DNA from: Lytechinus pictus
Lineage: Eukaryota
Length of the DNA stretch: 64,000 nt
Assembly (NCBI RefSeq): GCF_037042905.1
Contig: NC_087246.1
Coordinates: forward strand, 50,220,001-50,284,000
Direction of reading: 5' to 3'
In this document: positions 1-12,600 of the stretch, in pieces
Numbering within the stretch: position 1 is the first letter of the stretch
Layout of the letters: each line of letters opens with the position of its first letter
The notes under the pieces: generated by a model
Seen by the model: the letters and a program-made list of their open reading frames with translations, nothing else
The model's database searches: none
What the model was told of the DNA's origin: nothing
Program-made: the position numbers and the translations under genes

Positions 1-284
1 CCCCACTTCATGAAGTAACACGCTCAAATTCTGCATTGTCGAAGCGCGTTTACAATTATTGTGCAATTGTTTAAGAGGAATAGAGATTTGTGCACTTTAG
101 CTGTCGATATACAATGTACACTTTTGGTACATCCGATTTTCACGATTTGATGAAATTTTTTGGCGTTATGCTTGTTGGATTTTTCTCATTTTATTCAAAT
201 CACCTTTTTGTTGGGGGTGAACTTCTGCTTTAATAAAGGGAATTCTTGCAAAGAATTGCTTGCAAAAAAAAAATATAAAAAAAT

Positions 285-1220
285 TGAGCTATATAGCGCT
301 TCGCTCTCGCATTATTTGACAGACAAATTGAGTGAGATACGTATTTTCTTCATGAATTACAGCAACAGTAATTTAATTGTTCTCTTTTCAAGTCAGTAAA
401 TCACTCATCTTCATCTCTTTCCTCACTATCGCATCAGTGTTTAGTTAGCTGACTTTCCTGTTAAAAAAAGGGCTTAGAATCCCAATTTTGGGGTCGAAAT
501 ATCAAAAAATTTCAGCTCGCGCTTCGCCCTCGCATAAATGTTTGGTTAGATATACCCAACCGGTTCATAATTACTAAAAGTGCTTAGAATCTCAAGTTTT
601 TGGTTGGAATATAAAAACTTTTCAGCTCGCTCTTCGTGCTCGCATAGAACGTTTAGTTCGATACCCATACTGTTCATGATTACCAAAAGTGCTTAGAATC
701 CCAAGTTTTGGGTAGGAATATCAACAATTTTCAGCTCGCGCTTCGTCCACGCATCAATTTTTTTAGATACCCATCATTTTCATGGTCACAACAAGTGCTT
801 AGAATCTCAAGTTTTGGGTTGGAATATCAAAAGATTCCAGCTCGCGCTCGCATAAAATGTTTAGTTAGATACCCATCCTTTTCATGAATACCGAATTTAC
901 TACGGATGTCAAAATTCTAGGTCAGAATTAAAAAAAATTCAGCTCGCGCTTCGCGCTCTTCGCGCTCGCATCAATTGTTTAGATAGATAGATAGATAAAT
1001 AGATAGATAGATACCCATCATGGTTCCAAGAGGGCTTAGAATGTCCAGTTATGGGATGAAATAACAAAAATTTCAGCTCGCGCTACGTGCTCACATAAAA
1101 TGTTTATGTTGATACCCATCCTGTTCATGTTCATGGGGGGGGGGCAATTTTACGAAAATTACACAGGGGCACCAAAATCTGGTCGGGCCCACGGGTTGCA
1201 AAATCCTGGATGCGCGCCTG
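285..1220. repeat. Array of ~110-130-bp subrepeats with core CAGCTCGCGCTTCGCGCTCGCAT, ending in a MITE-type terminus; includes a (GATA)n tract
   Basis: Core recurs near 513, 623, 732, 838, 940 and 1074 with a shared AAAGTGCTTAGAAT segment. GATA repeats at ~981-1012. Terminus CCTGGATGCGCGCCTG at 1205-1220. Confidence 0.85.
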
Positions 1221-1280
1221 CCCTATTAGATATCTCATCTAGTTTGTAAGAAAAGAATGTACTTAAAGCTTCAGACTTAA

Positions 1281-1827
1281 AGGAGAATGAAAAACTTTTG
1301 AACAAAATTGCTTGTGTGAAAACAAAAAAATCAAAGAAACAGATCAACGTAAGTTTGAGAAAAATCGGACAAATAATGAGAAAGTTATCGGCATTTGAAT
1401 ATGCGATCACTAATGCTATGGAGATCCTCAAATTGGCAATGCGGCAAATATGTGGGATGTCACTTGTGAACAACTCTCCCCATTACTTTAGTATATATTT
1501 CACTTAAATTGCCTCTTTTATCACTTCTATCACTAGATCATGACATTGTGTTCTTTCTATTGGATGGCATGTAATACAGATTTTTAAAGAATACACCATG
1601 GATAAAGAGTTTGTATCACCATAAGAAAAAGCAAAAAGAGACAATTTGAGGGTATTTTATAGTCCATCAAAGGGAAAGTTGTTCACATGTGACATCACAC
1701 ATAAGAGGATCTCTATAGCAATAACTTTCTCATTATTTGTCCGATTTTTCTCAAACTTTCTTTGTTCTTATTCTTTGATTTTTCTGTTTCGACACAAGCC
1801 TACTTGTTCCAAAGATTTCATTCCCCT
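1281..1827. mobile_element. TTAA-flanked non-autonomous DNA transposon (Kolobok-like MITE)
   Basis: TTAA|AGGAGAATGAAA ... TTTCATTCCCCT|TTAA, with internal inverted segments (AATCGGACAAATAATGAGAAAGTTAT / ATAACTTTCTCATTATTTGTCCGATT). Confidence 0.8.
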
Positions 1828-1920
1828 TTAAGTAGAGACTACCCCCTAAAAAAGCAGCCGACTGGGAAAATGTGGGGGAAAATATATTTTCCGCCCCCTT
1901 AAAATGTTGATGCTTCCGCC

Positions 1921-3501
1921 CAGTGGCGTAACAGGCGGGGGGGGGGGGGGCAGGGGGGAGGGCAAGCTGCCCCCCCCCCCCTGGCGGAGCTCACCGGGAA
2001 AATAAATAAAAAACGAGAAAAAGAAAAAAAAGGGAGGAAGAAAGGGAAAGGGAAAGGAAAGAAAAGAAAAAAAGGGAAAGGGAAAAGGGAAGGGGAAAGG
2101 AAAAGGGAAAAGAAAACTAAGAAAAAACATAAAAAAGGGAAAACGGAAAGATAACGGGAAAAGGAAGGAAAAAGAACAAGTGAGAAAGAACAATTCGCCC
2201 CGATATAATACATTAGCATGATTAGTAAGAAAGGGAAATAAATTAAAGATGACAAAAAGGCAAACAAAAGCGGGAAAAAAAGGCAGAATGGAATTAGCCA
2301 AATCTAAATTGGAAAATAAAGAATAGGGACAAGATAACGTACACTATACACTATAACGAGCGGGAAGAAAAATGGATGGTATATAGCATAATGTACGAAA
2401 GTCTATCATAAACGTGCTAAATCTCCAAAGGCTCTGTCCTAGAGTCAAGACCCCGTGCAGTGGAGGCTCTTCATCTGTAACCTTTTATGGGTTCTATAAC
2501 GGGCCCCTATATGGACCCTTCCTGCATTAAGCTTTACGTTGAAGCACTGGCGTACCGGGGGGTGGTTCCACAGCCAAGGGGAAATAAAAGAAAATAAAGG
2601 AGGCAGCGAAATGAGATGAATGAAAAAAAATATATGACATGATATTTGCTATAATGATGTAAAAATCTATCACATAATTAGAATTTCATTTTAACAGGCC
2701 ATTTTTTTTCTGGCTCGCTTCGCTCGCTGGCGACTTTTTACTAATTTTCCCACATTTGCTATGGTGTGCCTCTCACAATATTTGGATGATTACGATACAC
2801 AACTGCATTGAATTTATGTGTTGTGTTAAAGCTATATAAATATACACGCAATTTGATTAAAACAAGTGGCCATCTGTAAGGTTTAAAATGGCTTTGATAT
2901 CAAGAGGTTCCGGGGCTCTGCCCTGGACCCCACCCATAAAGCACTGTTATATGGATGAGTTGGACCATGTTCTACCAAAAGTTCTACAACCAAACAAAAA
3001 AAAAAGAGGAAAGAAAGGAAAGTGTATTATATTTTTCTGAATATCACGTTAAAATCTATCTTCATGTTAGATTCTCATGAAAAGGTTATTTTTTTTATCT
3101 TGCTCGCTTCGCTCGCTCGGGACCTATATTAAGCTACTTCTTGCCAGAAGCGCCATACTCGGCCCCCTCGAGCATATAGAGCTTCGCCCTGATGCTGACA
3201 ATCATAACAAAAATACTGTTCACCGTGGCGTACAAAAAAAGAGAGAAAAAAGGAAAGAGAGGAGGGTGAAATATGATATCATCTTTTTAACATTTTGTCA
3301 AAATCTATCACAAAATTGGATTTTTGCAATAAAAATGTCAAAAAGATTTGCTCGCTCGCTCGCTTATATATATATATTTGCCCGATACGCCATATCGCCC
3401 CCTTAATTTTTTTGCCTTATGACACCATTGCCTGTTCCATGATATGACCGGGAAATTTTTGGCTCTTGCCCCCCTGGCCACCGACCCCTGTTACGCCGCT
3501 G
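1921..3501. mobile_element. Non-autonomous hAT-like element (1.58 kb)
   Basis: TIR CAGTGGCGTAACAGG / CCTGTTACGCCGCTG. Exact 8-bp TSD CTTCCGCC (1913-1920, 3502-3509). Internal purine-rich low-complexity tract; no transposase. Confidence 0.9.
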
Positions 3502-6053
3502 CTTCCGCCGCCTCTTCACCCGGCTTTGAGCGAATAGTCTCTTACTAGTTGCTCATATTCTGAATTGCATACCAGACATGGGCCTTAGGGCTACGTCGGA
3601 TCTGACTCTTCGTTAAATTGGGGGTATAATGCTATCAAAGGTCGGGTTAAGAGACCAAACTCAACATGGACTGTTTCATTTTAAAAGTTTTTTAAACCCT
3701 TTTATCTATCGTGACAAGGATACCTTCTTACTAAAACGTCCTTGCCATTTGCTACAAGCAATGTACGAAAAAAAAAGTCATTTTGCAGTGAAACTGTTAA
3801 AAAGTACCTTCTGTTATCGTTGACATGGTCAAGTGTTCTTGGCCTGTGGTTGGAGATCCTTTTCCGGAGGAAAGGGTTGACCATTTAAGACCCATGTTTG
3901 TAGTAACAAAGTGATCTGATAGGGAGACAAAATAAGAAAATACTAGCTAGATGTATCACTTGCACACAATTACACTTGAAGGTAAAGATCACCTTGACCA
4001 AAATTTGATTATAAAAATAGTTTTGTATTCAATATTCAATAATAGAGAAATCCATCAAAGACTATAAAAGTTATTTGAAATTCATTTTTTGTGACGTCAT
4101 ATGCGTGCAGTTTCATATATCGTAAATTAAAAAAAATCAATGAAATGCCATTTTATAAAAAAAATGAAGATGGTTTTTATTGTACCTTCATTATCAACAG
4201 ACAAATTATTTCACACCCGCTCCTGAAAGAAGAAGTTTTTAGTCATCATGAACCATTAAAAAGTTGAAATTTATGCTTTTTATATTACGTAACATTTGGG
4301 GCAGCTGCATTTATATAACGTCACAAATAAAAAAATTCTATTAACTTTCTTAATTTTCATTGGATTTTCCTCAAACCTTTATCAATAGTTTTTTCCTGCT
4401 ATTTTTACAATAAAGTCTTTGTCAGGGTGAATTAACACTTTAATACAATAATGGTCAACTATTTTAACGGAAATTGTGAAAACAAAAGTGATGCAAAGAG
4501 AGGATGTGTTATTCCCCCAAAAAATCTTAATTTCGAGAAAATGCAGAACCCTTAAGGTGACATGCATGACGTTTTATTTCTTCTATTACCATGATTTACT
4601 AACTCGTTCCCTCAACTTGAAGCCGTTCATCATGTTCATCCTACGATTTATATAGTACAATTCAGCTTGTTCGTTCTTCGAATTATAATTCGTTCCCTCG
4701 ACTAATATAAATCGTTCCATCGACTTATATTACTCATTCCCTCTAATTGGATAAATCATGCCCCCCTAAATGGCTCCCTGTATTTACCATATTTTTTAGA
4801 GGGAAACAATGCCCGGGCCCCAAAAAAAGTTTGTTCACGATTTTTTAATCAATGTCTTGAAAATATTCTCAAAAGCATTTCCCTTGAGCCATATAGAAAA
4901 TGATATTTAACAAATATTCAACCAGAATGTTAACATATACATATATACTGATATATATATATATAATTGAACGTACGACACGACAAGTCAATGATTGTGG
5001 TGGAAAATGACTATTAAAGCATTTAATGATTATTAAACGCACTACCAGTGATTTCCACCATAATCAATTAAGCAGTGAAGGTCCGAGAGATTGGGAAAGT
5101 TATTGTTTTGGTATACTATTTATATATACAATTTTACCGTATGGTTGGATAATATTGAACAGATGCGAAGGAACCGGGAGCAGGGGGCACTTGCCCCCCC
5201 CCCCAGAAAAATACCCTTTTTGAATAAAACACAATGCATTTTAGGTTACAAAATCACAAAAAAATCTCGGCTCGCGTTTCGGGCTCTCATCAATTATTGT
5301 TTAGTTAGGTACTCAATCTGTTCCTGGCTACAAAAAATACTTGAATTGTCCAATTCTCAGGTTGGATTATCACAAATTTTCAGTTCGCGCTTCGCACTCG
5401 CATTATTCGATTGGTGAGATATGTATCCTATTCATGAGTTACTAAATGCAGTCCTTAACAGGTTTCTTTTCTGGTCAGTATATTAAAAAAATCATTAATT
5501 TTTCTTAAATCTAACTAATAGTTAGATACACATCTTTTTCATGATTACAAAAATTGCTCGGATTTTTTTATTTTCATGTCTTATTACATGAAATGGCCAA
5601 AAGTTTGAGCTCGTGACTCGAGCTCGCAACATCTCGCAAGGATGCCCTTTTGGCAGTGATTAGCGCCATAATTGACAAAAAATCGAGACTTACAACTTCA
5701 AATTTTAAAAATTTCAAAACCGCCAGCTCGCTAAGCCTAAATATCATACAGAAATCACTTCAAAATGGCTTTGCTCAACTTAATTACTACAAAACACACA
5801 ATTACTTCACGCAGATGATAATCTCATGGGAAAATATCCGTTTGAACCAATGTGCCCATCATTGAGATATAAGTGCCCTTATTTGCTTTGCCCCCCCCCC
5901 CTACGAAAATACGTTCTGCCGCTCCTGTGATTAAATGCACACTTAATATTCATTTCATACTAAATATACATGTATCAGCCACAGTGACTTATATACACGC
6001 CCATCTATCATCGTAATTATGATCAAGAGGGAAGTATTTGTAAAAGGCCTTAA

Positions 6054-6634
6054 AGGGATGGTCCAGGCTGAAAGTATTTATAGCTTAATAAATATAGAAG
6101 AATTCACCGAGCAAAATGCTGAAAATTTCATCGAAATCGGATAACAAATAACAAAGTTATTGAATTTCAAAGTTTAGCAATATTTTGTGAAAACATTCGT
6201 CATGAATATTCATTACGTGGGTTGATGATGTCACATCTCCACTTGTTCTTTTGTATTTTACTATATGAAATTAGGTTTATTCAATTTTTTCCTCCAAGAA
6301 CTAGAAAAATTGGATTGACAACTGATTTAGTGCATTAGATATTTATTGCTGCAACTGATTTCATTATAAGGGAGACATATTATTCACACAAGTATTAAAT
6401 AATGAAAAAAATATGATTTTATGTAATAACATAAGAAAACGGAAAGTGGAGATGTGACATCATCAGCCCACCTAATGAATATTCATGACAACTGTTTTCA
6501 CAAAATATTGCTAAACTTTAAACTTCAATAACTTTATTATTTGTTAGCCGATTTTGATGAAATTTTCGGCATTTTGCTCAGTGAATTCTACTCTATGTAT
6601 TAAGATATAAATATTTTCAGCCCGGACCATCCCT
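6054..6634. mobile_element. Long palindromic TTAA-flanked MITE (Kolobok-like)
   Basis: TTAA|AGGGATGGTCCAGGCTGAAA ... TTTCAGCCCGGACCATCCCT|TTAA; about 200-bp near-perfect inverted arms. Confidence 0.9.
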
Positions 6635-7465
6635 TTAAATGAATGTATATGTTCTAATACAAAATTCATAACATACTGACTTCTGCATTTGTTCATGTCA
6701 TTTTTAACGTCCTTGCCTATAATCGTAACTGAATGTCAGAAGAGCTGACTCGGTGACTGAAAATCAGAAACTATGTGAAATCGAATTTACCTTATAGGCT
6801 TATCAGAAAGAGAGGATTTACGATTTGAGAATTTCATTGGATTTGGGGCTTTTTTCACAGTTATCGGTTATCTTCATTCATTTATGCCAGTTTATTATTT
6901 TTTTTTTTCGGAGAAATAAAGAAATATATGACAATTAATTTGGAACAAAATATGTAAACTGTACGCTATTAAAATAATAAACAACGCTGTTTACATTGAG
7001 TATCGCACAGTAGTTGTTTAAACATTTTAAACAAGTGTTTAAACTCTTAAACAAAGTTTAAATTCAAATATTTAATTATTAATAAACTGTTTAACCAACT
7101 AGCTGTGCGGTTCACAAAGTAAATAGCGTTGTTTAAATTATTTTTGAAAGTGTATTCATTATTTGTTAACGTCAAACAAACATGTCAACGTATTGAAAAA
7201 TATCTTAGTTTCAAACATAATTACCGTAGCACAAAATGAAATAAATACCTCGGAATGTCTCAGTTCAAATGCTTCAATACAATACGCAGGTGCGACGACT
7301 TCTCTCTCGACACTCAGTAAAGCTCGACCACTAGTCTTAGTTTACCTTGGCCCACAGAGGCTCGCAAGTACACGTAGGAGAGGATGAGCTTCAACTTGCT
7401 AAATGATCGCTCACTTATTGATTTTGGATAGTCGTTGACTTGTTGTGCAATAAGTCATGCAATAC

Positions 7466-7498
7466 CATAGAGATATATACTAAGTATACATCTCTATG
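7466..7498. mobile_element. 33-bp palindromic mini-element with 8-bp TSD
   Basis: TGCAATAC|CATAGAGATATATACTAAGTATACATCTCTATG|TGCAATAC. Confidence 0.75.
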
Positions 7499-8437
7499 TG
7501 CAATACAGAGCCAATTAAGTCGCGAGCGCCCTCTTAAGACTTATACTTGATTTGAATAAAACGAGAAAATCCAAAAAGCATAACACTGAAAATGTCATCA
7601 AAATTGGATGTTAAATAAGAAAGTTATGACGTTTTTAAGTTTCGCCTATTCACAAAACAGTTATATACACATCCTGGGTTGGTATAGGCCCTATGTAAAT
7701 GAGGGGACTGATCAGACTTTTATTCTGGGACTAATGACATCACCCACTCACCATTTCTTTTGTATTGTATTATAACATGAAATATTCTAATTTTCTCCTC
7801 ATCTTCATGCGAAACAAAGCATTATTCCTCCCTGAACATGTGGTATTACCATTGTTATAACATTTTATGGTTCGGTAAAGTCGGTCCTCGTTGTCTCAAA
7901 TCGGAAAAAAAAGTTAAAATGTAGGCATACTGCATAAATAAAAAACTAAACAACAACAAGAACAAAAGAGATAGTGAGTGATAGACATCATCGACTCTCT
8001 CATTTGCATGCATGTCACTAAGTTGTGGAGATGACTGCATGTTTTGTGAAAAATTATTTTAAAATGTTAAATCTTTCTTATTTTACATCCAATTTTGATG
8101 AAGTTTTCAGCGTTATGCTTGTTTTTTTTTTTACTAATTCAAGTCAACGTATTTCTGGGGTGGACTTGACTTTTAAGGCAAGGATGCAAGAAGGCAACGG
8201 TAGCAAATCTTACAAAACTGAAGTAAAAAGTGCATATCGAATCCCAGTTTTTACAAGACATTTATGCAGATTAACTATAATTTTACTTATTTGTTCTACC
8301 TTTCCAATAAGTTAGACGTATGGATTTGTCATGGCCAAAATCTTGTAAGATTTGGAGTGAGAGTGGGAGTTGAGTGGCCAAGCGAGAAGTTTTTCATTTT
8401 AGTATAATACAACATTTTTCCAATTCAAGCATTTTAA

Positions 8438-9065
8438 AGGGGAAGTTCATCCTGAAGAAAAGTTTGTCGTAAAAATAGCATAAAAATAATAACAAATATT
8501 GGTGAAGGTTTGAGGAAAATCCATTATAGATTAAGAAAGTTGTATAATAGAATTTCAAGTTTTTTATTAGTACGCCATAAACGAGCAGACGCCCCATCCA
8601 TATGTTTTATAAAATGCATAAATTTAATATTTTTATTGTTCATGATTACTCATTTTTTATTTCATTTTTATAGGAGCGGGTGTGATATCATTTGTGTTTT
8701 CTGAGAGAATGAAATTTCATTGATTTGGTACCATACGATATGTAAGGAAGCTGCTCGCGCTTATGGCGTCACAACTCACATTATTGAAATATTAAAGGGA
8801 TGGCCTTCATGACGACTGTTTTCACAAAATATTGCTAAACTTTAAAATTCAATAACTTTGTTATTTGTAATCCGATTTTGATGAAATTTTCGGCATTTTG
8901 CTCAGTGAATTCTACTTTTCATTATACTTTAAATACTTTCAGCCCGGACCATCCCTTTACTAATTTTTATATCATTTCATGGATTTTCCTGAAACCTTCG
9001 CCAATATTTTTTTTATTGTTTTTCTCCTTTTTTTCAAAAACTTTTTGTCAGGGTAAACTTCCCCT
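8438..9065. mobile_element. TTAA-flanked MITE carrying a nested, internally deleted copy (8796-8956) of the 6054-type element
   Basis: TTAA|AGGGGAAGTTCATCCTGA ... TCAGGGTAAACTTCCCCT|TTAA. A related copy lies at ~3980-4440, and other TTAA-ended elements at ~1-232 and ~7560-8175. Confidence 0.8.
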
Positions 9066-9646
9066 TTAAGATGAATCAACAGTAGTAGGTCCTATTGATA
9101 ACTTGATGATTAAAAGATATCGTTTCTGTCTTGAAGGGGAGGGGGGGTGATTGTACCTGCCATCCCCCAGGTGGGAGAGGGGCCCTGGGGAGGGGATAAC
9201 CCCCGGCCATCTCCCGAAGGGGGGGGGGGTGGGGATATACGCCCGTGATTGTACTTTGGAGAGAGTGAAATTTAAAAGAAAGTTTCGAAATAAACAAATT
9301 TCACAATTTAGAGTGAATAGTATTGGTCCAATCCCTCAGCCTCATATCCGATTTATTGTTGCATGGCAATGATCAACAATATTGGATGAAAACATTCCCT
9401 AAAGGGTATAAGAATGTACGTACGACGAACTATCTCAACTTTTGATTTGATTTGTTTTTTATAGAAAATGTAATGATATACGGAAAATTTGTTTCATTAT
9501 GTAACTGCAACACATATAAATATATTAGAAGATTGATGAGGAATGATTTAGCATAGATTCTATCCGTTTCATCATCCGTAATTGTTACTAATTATGTCCC
9601 TCATTCACGTCACCCCTTCTGCATCTGATAGATTAACCCAAACAAA

Positions 9647-12600
9647 ATGGCAATTGAAGTGAAGATCTTATCTCCGAGGAGCAGAGATTCAAGCGTTTTT
9701 ATGTTAATTCTTTCGATTTTCATTGCATTTGGAGAGGGAATACAAGTTTGTGAGTATGATTGATTTCATTAAATTAAATGAAATTGAGATAATGAGAGTA
9801 CAATATCATTATAAAGATCACTCAAATTACCTGGGTACGTACCTCCAGTACAATATTGTCCCGCATACTTATTTCTGCGTAAGTTGACGAAGTTTAAGCC
9901 GTCATTGGATTTGTCACTTGTTTGGTCACTGCACTCGTCCCACTCACACACATGCGAGGTTAGTATGCTATACCACTCACACTAATACGAGGTTCGTATA
10001 TATTATATACGAACCTCGTACACCGGACCTTGTTTGACCGTAGATTTCGAAGTATTCGGCAAACATTGCTTCATTGCTGAAGTAATATTTGCCGAAACTC
10101 CTTCTCGCTACGCACCGGGGCTCTTTCCGGTAAGTAGCAATACATAACAAAATTATACGATATTTAACTCATTTCATTTAAAAAGAGCAAATTTCGCTTA
10201 CCTCGGCCTAGCAAGTGACTTCGTTTGTCTCTTCTACGGAAATACAAGGAAGCCCATTGGTGGCGCTAATAAATTTCACAACCTTGATTCAGCTCCTCGG
10301 TAATTTTATAACTGTGTCTAAATTCTTTGAATGCGCAATTCTTATGATTAATTTACTAATTATGGGCACCAATAAATAAAATACCTTCAAAAACATATTC
10401 AGGATTACTATTGGCGATGATAACACTTTTGTTGCAATTAATTTAAAACGATGACTAATGTAATTTTTTTTTTTTTAAATACATATGCCTGGAACGAAAC
10501 CAGCAGTACAAGCAGTATTAACGAACGTCACGGTATACCAAAGTCTATACAATGAAAATATTGGACACTTCACGGACTTCGCGTTATGCCTTGCGTCGAT
10601 TTGCGTGTAAAATAGTGTAGGTTCCTAATCTTTCCCTTGTCGTGTCTTTGATATGAATATAAATCGCGCGCCCTCTTTAGGCGAAAATTGATATCTACGC
10701 TGACCAAATTTTATCTCCGTGAAATCTTCACTAAAGATCAAGAAAATATACATATTTTTAAGAAAAAACTTCAAGGAGAAGTCACGGAAGGATCTAAATG
10801 ATTCGGTAAGTGTCATAGCAGAATGTGAAATACCAGATTATTGGTGATATTTTATGTGGGCAAAAGCCCACTATCTTTTTGACTTGTCGTGTGTGTCGCG
10901 TGCATATGACTGATATTCCTTCGCACGCGAGATGATATGAACCCATGGCCATGGGTGATGCTATACTAACCTCGTACAAGTATGTGTTTTGACGATGGAC
11001 AATTGATTTGTCCTTCGTCACACGAATTTGGGGTGATAAAACGCATAAAATTTCCCCAAAAGTAAAGCCAACTAAAGTAAAGCCGGCAAAAGAACATGAA
11101 GAACTTCGACTTCAAAGGAAGTGCATACATATTACTGATTACTGTACTCTCTAGACTCTTAATTATCAACTAGATCCACTCACACGTATTGCGAGGTTAG
11201 TATTAGTATACTAACTAGATCTAGATCTATCTGTCCTTGATTTGTCTAACATTAGATCTAGACATATTGTTTTAAAAATATAATCTAAAGTAAAGAGTCT
11301 ATTAACTCTTACCTCCACTCATTCAATGAACAAGGTTATGATGTAACCTTGTTCTCAGTTATATCTCCATGTGTGGCAAAATAAGGGTGGCAATGTTTGG
11401 CTTATTTTCTCTTTTTTCTTTGGGACAAATGCTTGATTTTTTTTACACTGACAGTTTCCAATACACCTATTTGTCATACAACTTAGCTTTTAAATAAATT
11501 TGATTCTTTAAATTATTTTTTTCTTGATTAAAAATAGAGATCAAAAAAAGAAAAATTTCTTGCCATATTACTTTCCACCAACAGAGGGCGTACACAAAAA
11601 TATGCCCAAAAATCAAGTTTTTGAGCGCTCTGGTGAATACAAAAATTATTCCCAAGTTACTAATGAAAAATAAATTGCAACTGTATGGAAATTAGTAATT
11701 TTAGTAAAAAAAGTTATATTTTAATGATTTTTTAAAGTGTGTGCTCCGTACAACATTAGCATACCATAGTCCTACCTGTAGATTCCCCACAGCCACAGGC
11801 AGGATGGTTGCAGTGAACAAGTGCTTACCTCCAGCTCCAAATCTCGGCCAAGATGCTCCGAAGATCCTTTCATACTGCGGTGGAAATCAGGCAAACAACT
11901 GTGTGTGTGTGTTTTGAGTTTTTGTCAGACGTGTATCAATCAGATATGATTATTTACGTCTGGGACTGACCTTTTACATCACCATCTGAAAGACATGACC
12001 AGGGCTCGAACCTCGAATCTCTGTATTCGAAATGTGAATGACCATCTAGGGGAAGAGCTCCTTTAGCGACAGCCACCCAAAAAATTGAAAATAAAAATAT
12101 GGAGAAGGTTCAAAATAATATACATGTATGATGTAAGAGTCACCATGGCGAGACTGCCAAAGACGTTCCTTTTGTTTTGTGAATAGTCTACATGTTATTA
12201 TTCTTTTATATATTTTCTTCACCCAAGATATTCTCATTTGATTTTTTAATTGTATCTTTCAGCGTATCTGTACAATAGCTGCAATACCACAATCCTAGCA
12301 GACATCACAGGCCTTGTAGAGCCAGACAGTAGTCTGCGATACAGGAATAATCAGGACTGCCACGTTGTCCTCTCAACAGAGCCAAGCAAGAAGCTGCTCT
12401 TACAGTTTAACAGATTCGTCTTAGAAGAGGCAGTAAATGGTAAACTAAAGACAGCATTTGATATCAGTTTTCATCCTTCTAATTTTTATTGTTATACATG
12501 TAAACCATCTTGTCCATCATCATTCTCATCATACTCTTTATCATTATCTTTACATATCCTTACTTTTTATTTTTATGCCCCCCCCCCTCTGTAGATGGTT

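Noticed and set aside
500-1100. Regularly spaced palindromic repeat that superficially resembles a CRISPR array
   Set aside because: The spacers are homologous to each other, the context is eukaryotic, and there are no cas genes.
1846-2301. 151-aa and 122-aa Phe/Pro-rich ORFs
   Set aside because: Translations of a low-complexity purine tract inside a TSD-bounded MITE.
10254-10267. CTCF-like motif CCATTGGTGGCGCT (similar partial matches near 10666, 32130, 33785)
   Set aside because: Partial matches only; cannot be supported without PWM scoring or ChIP data.
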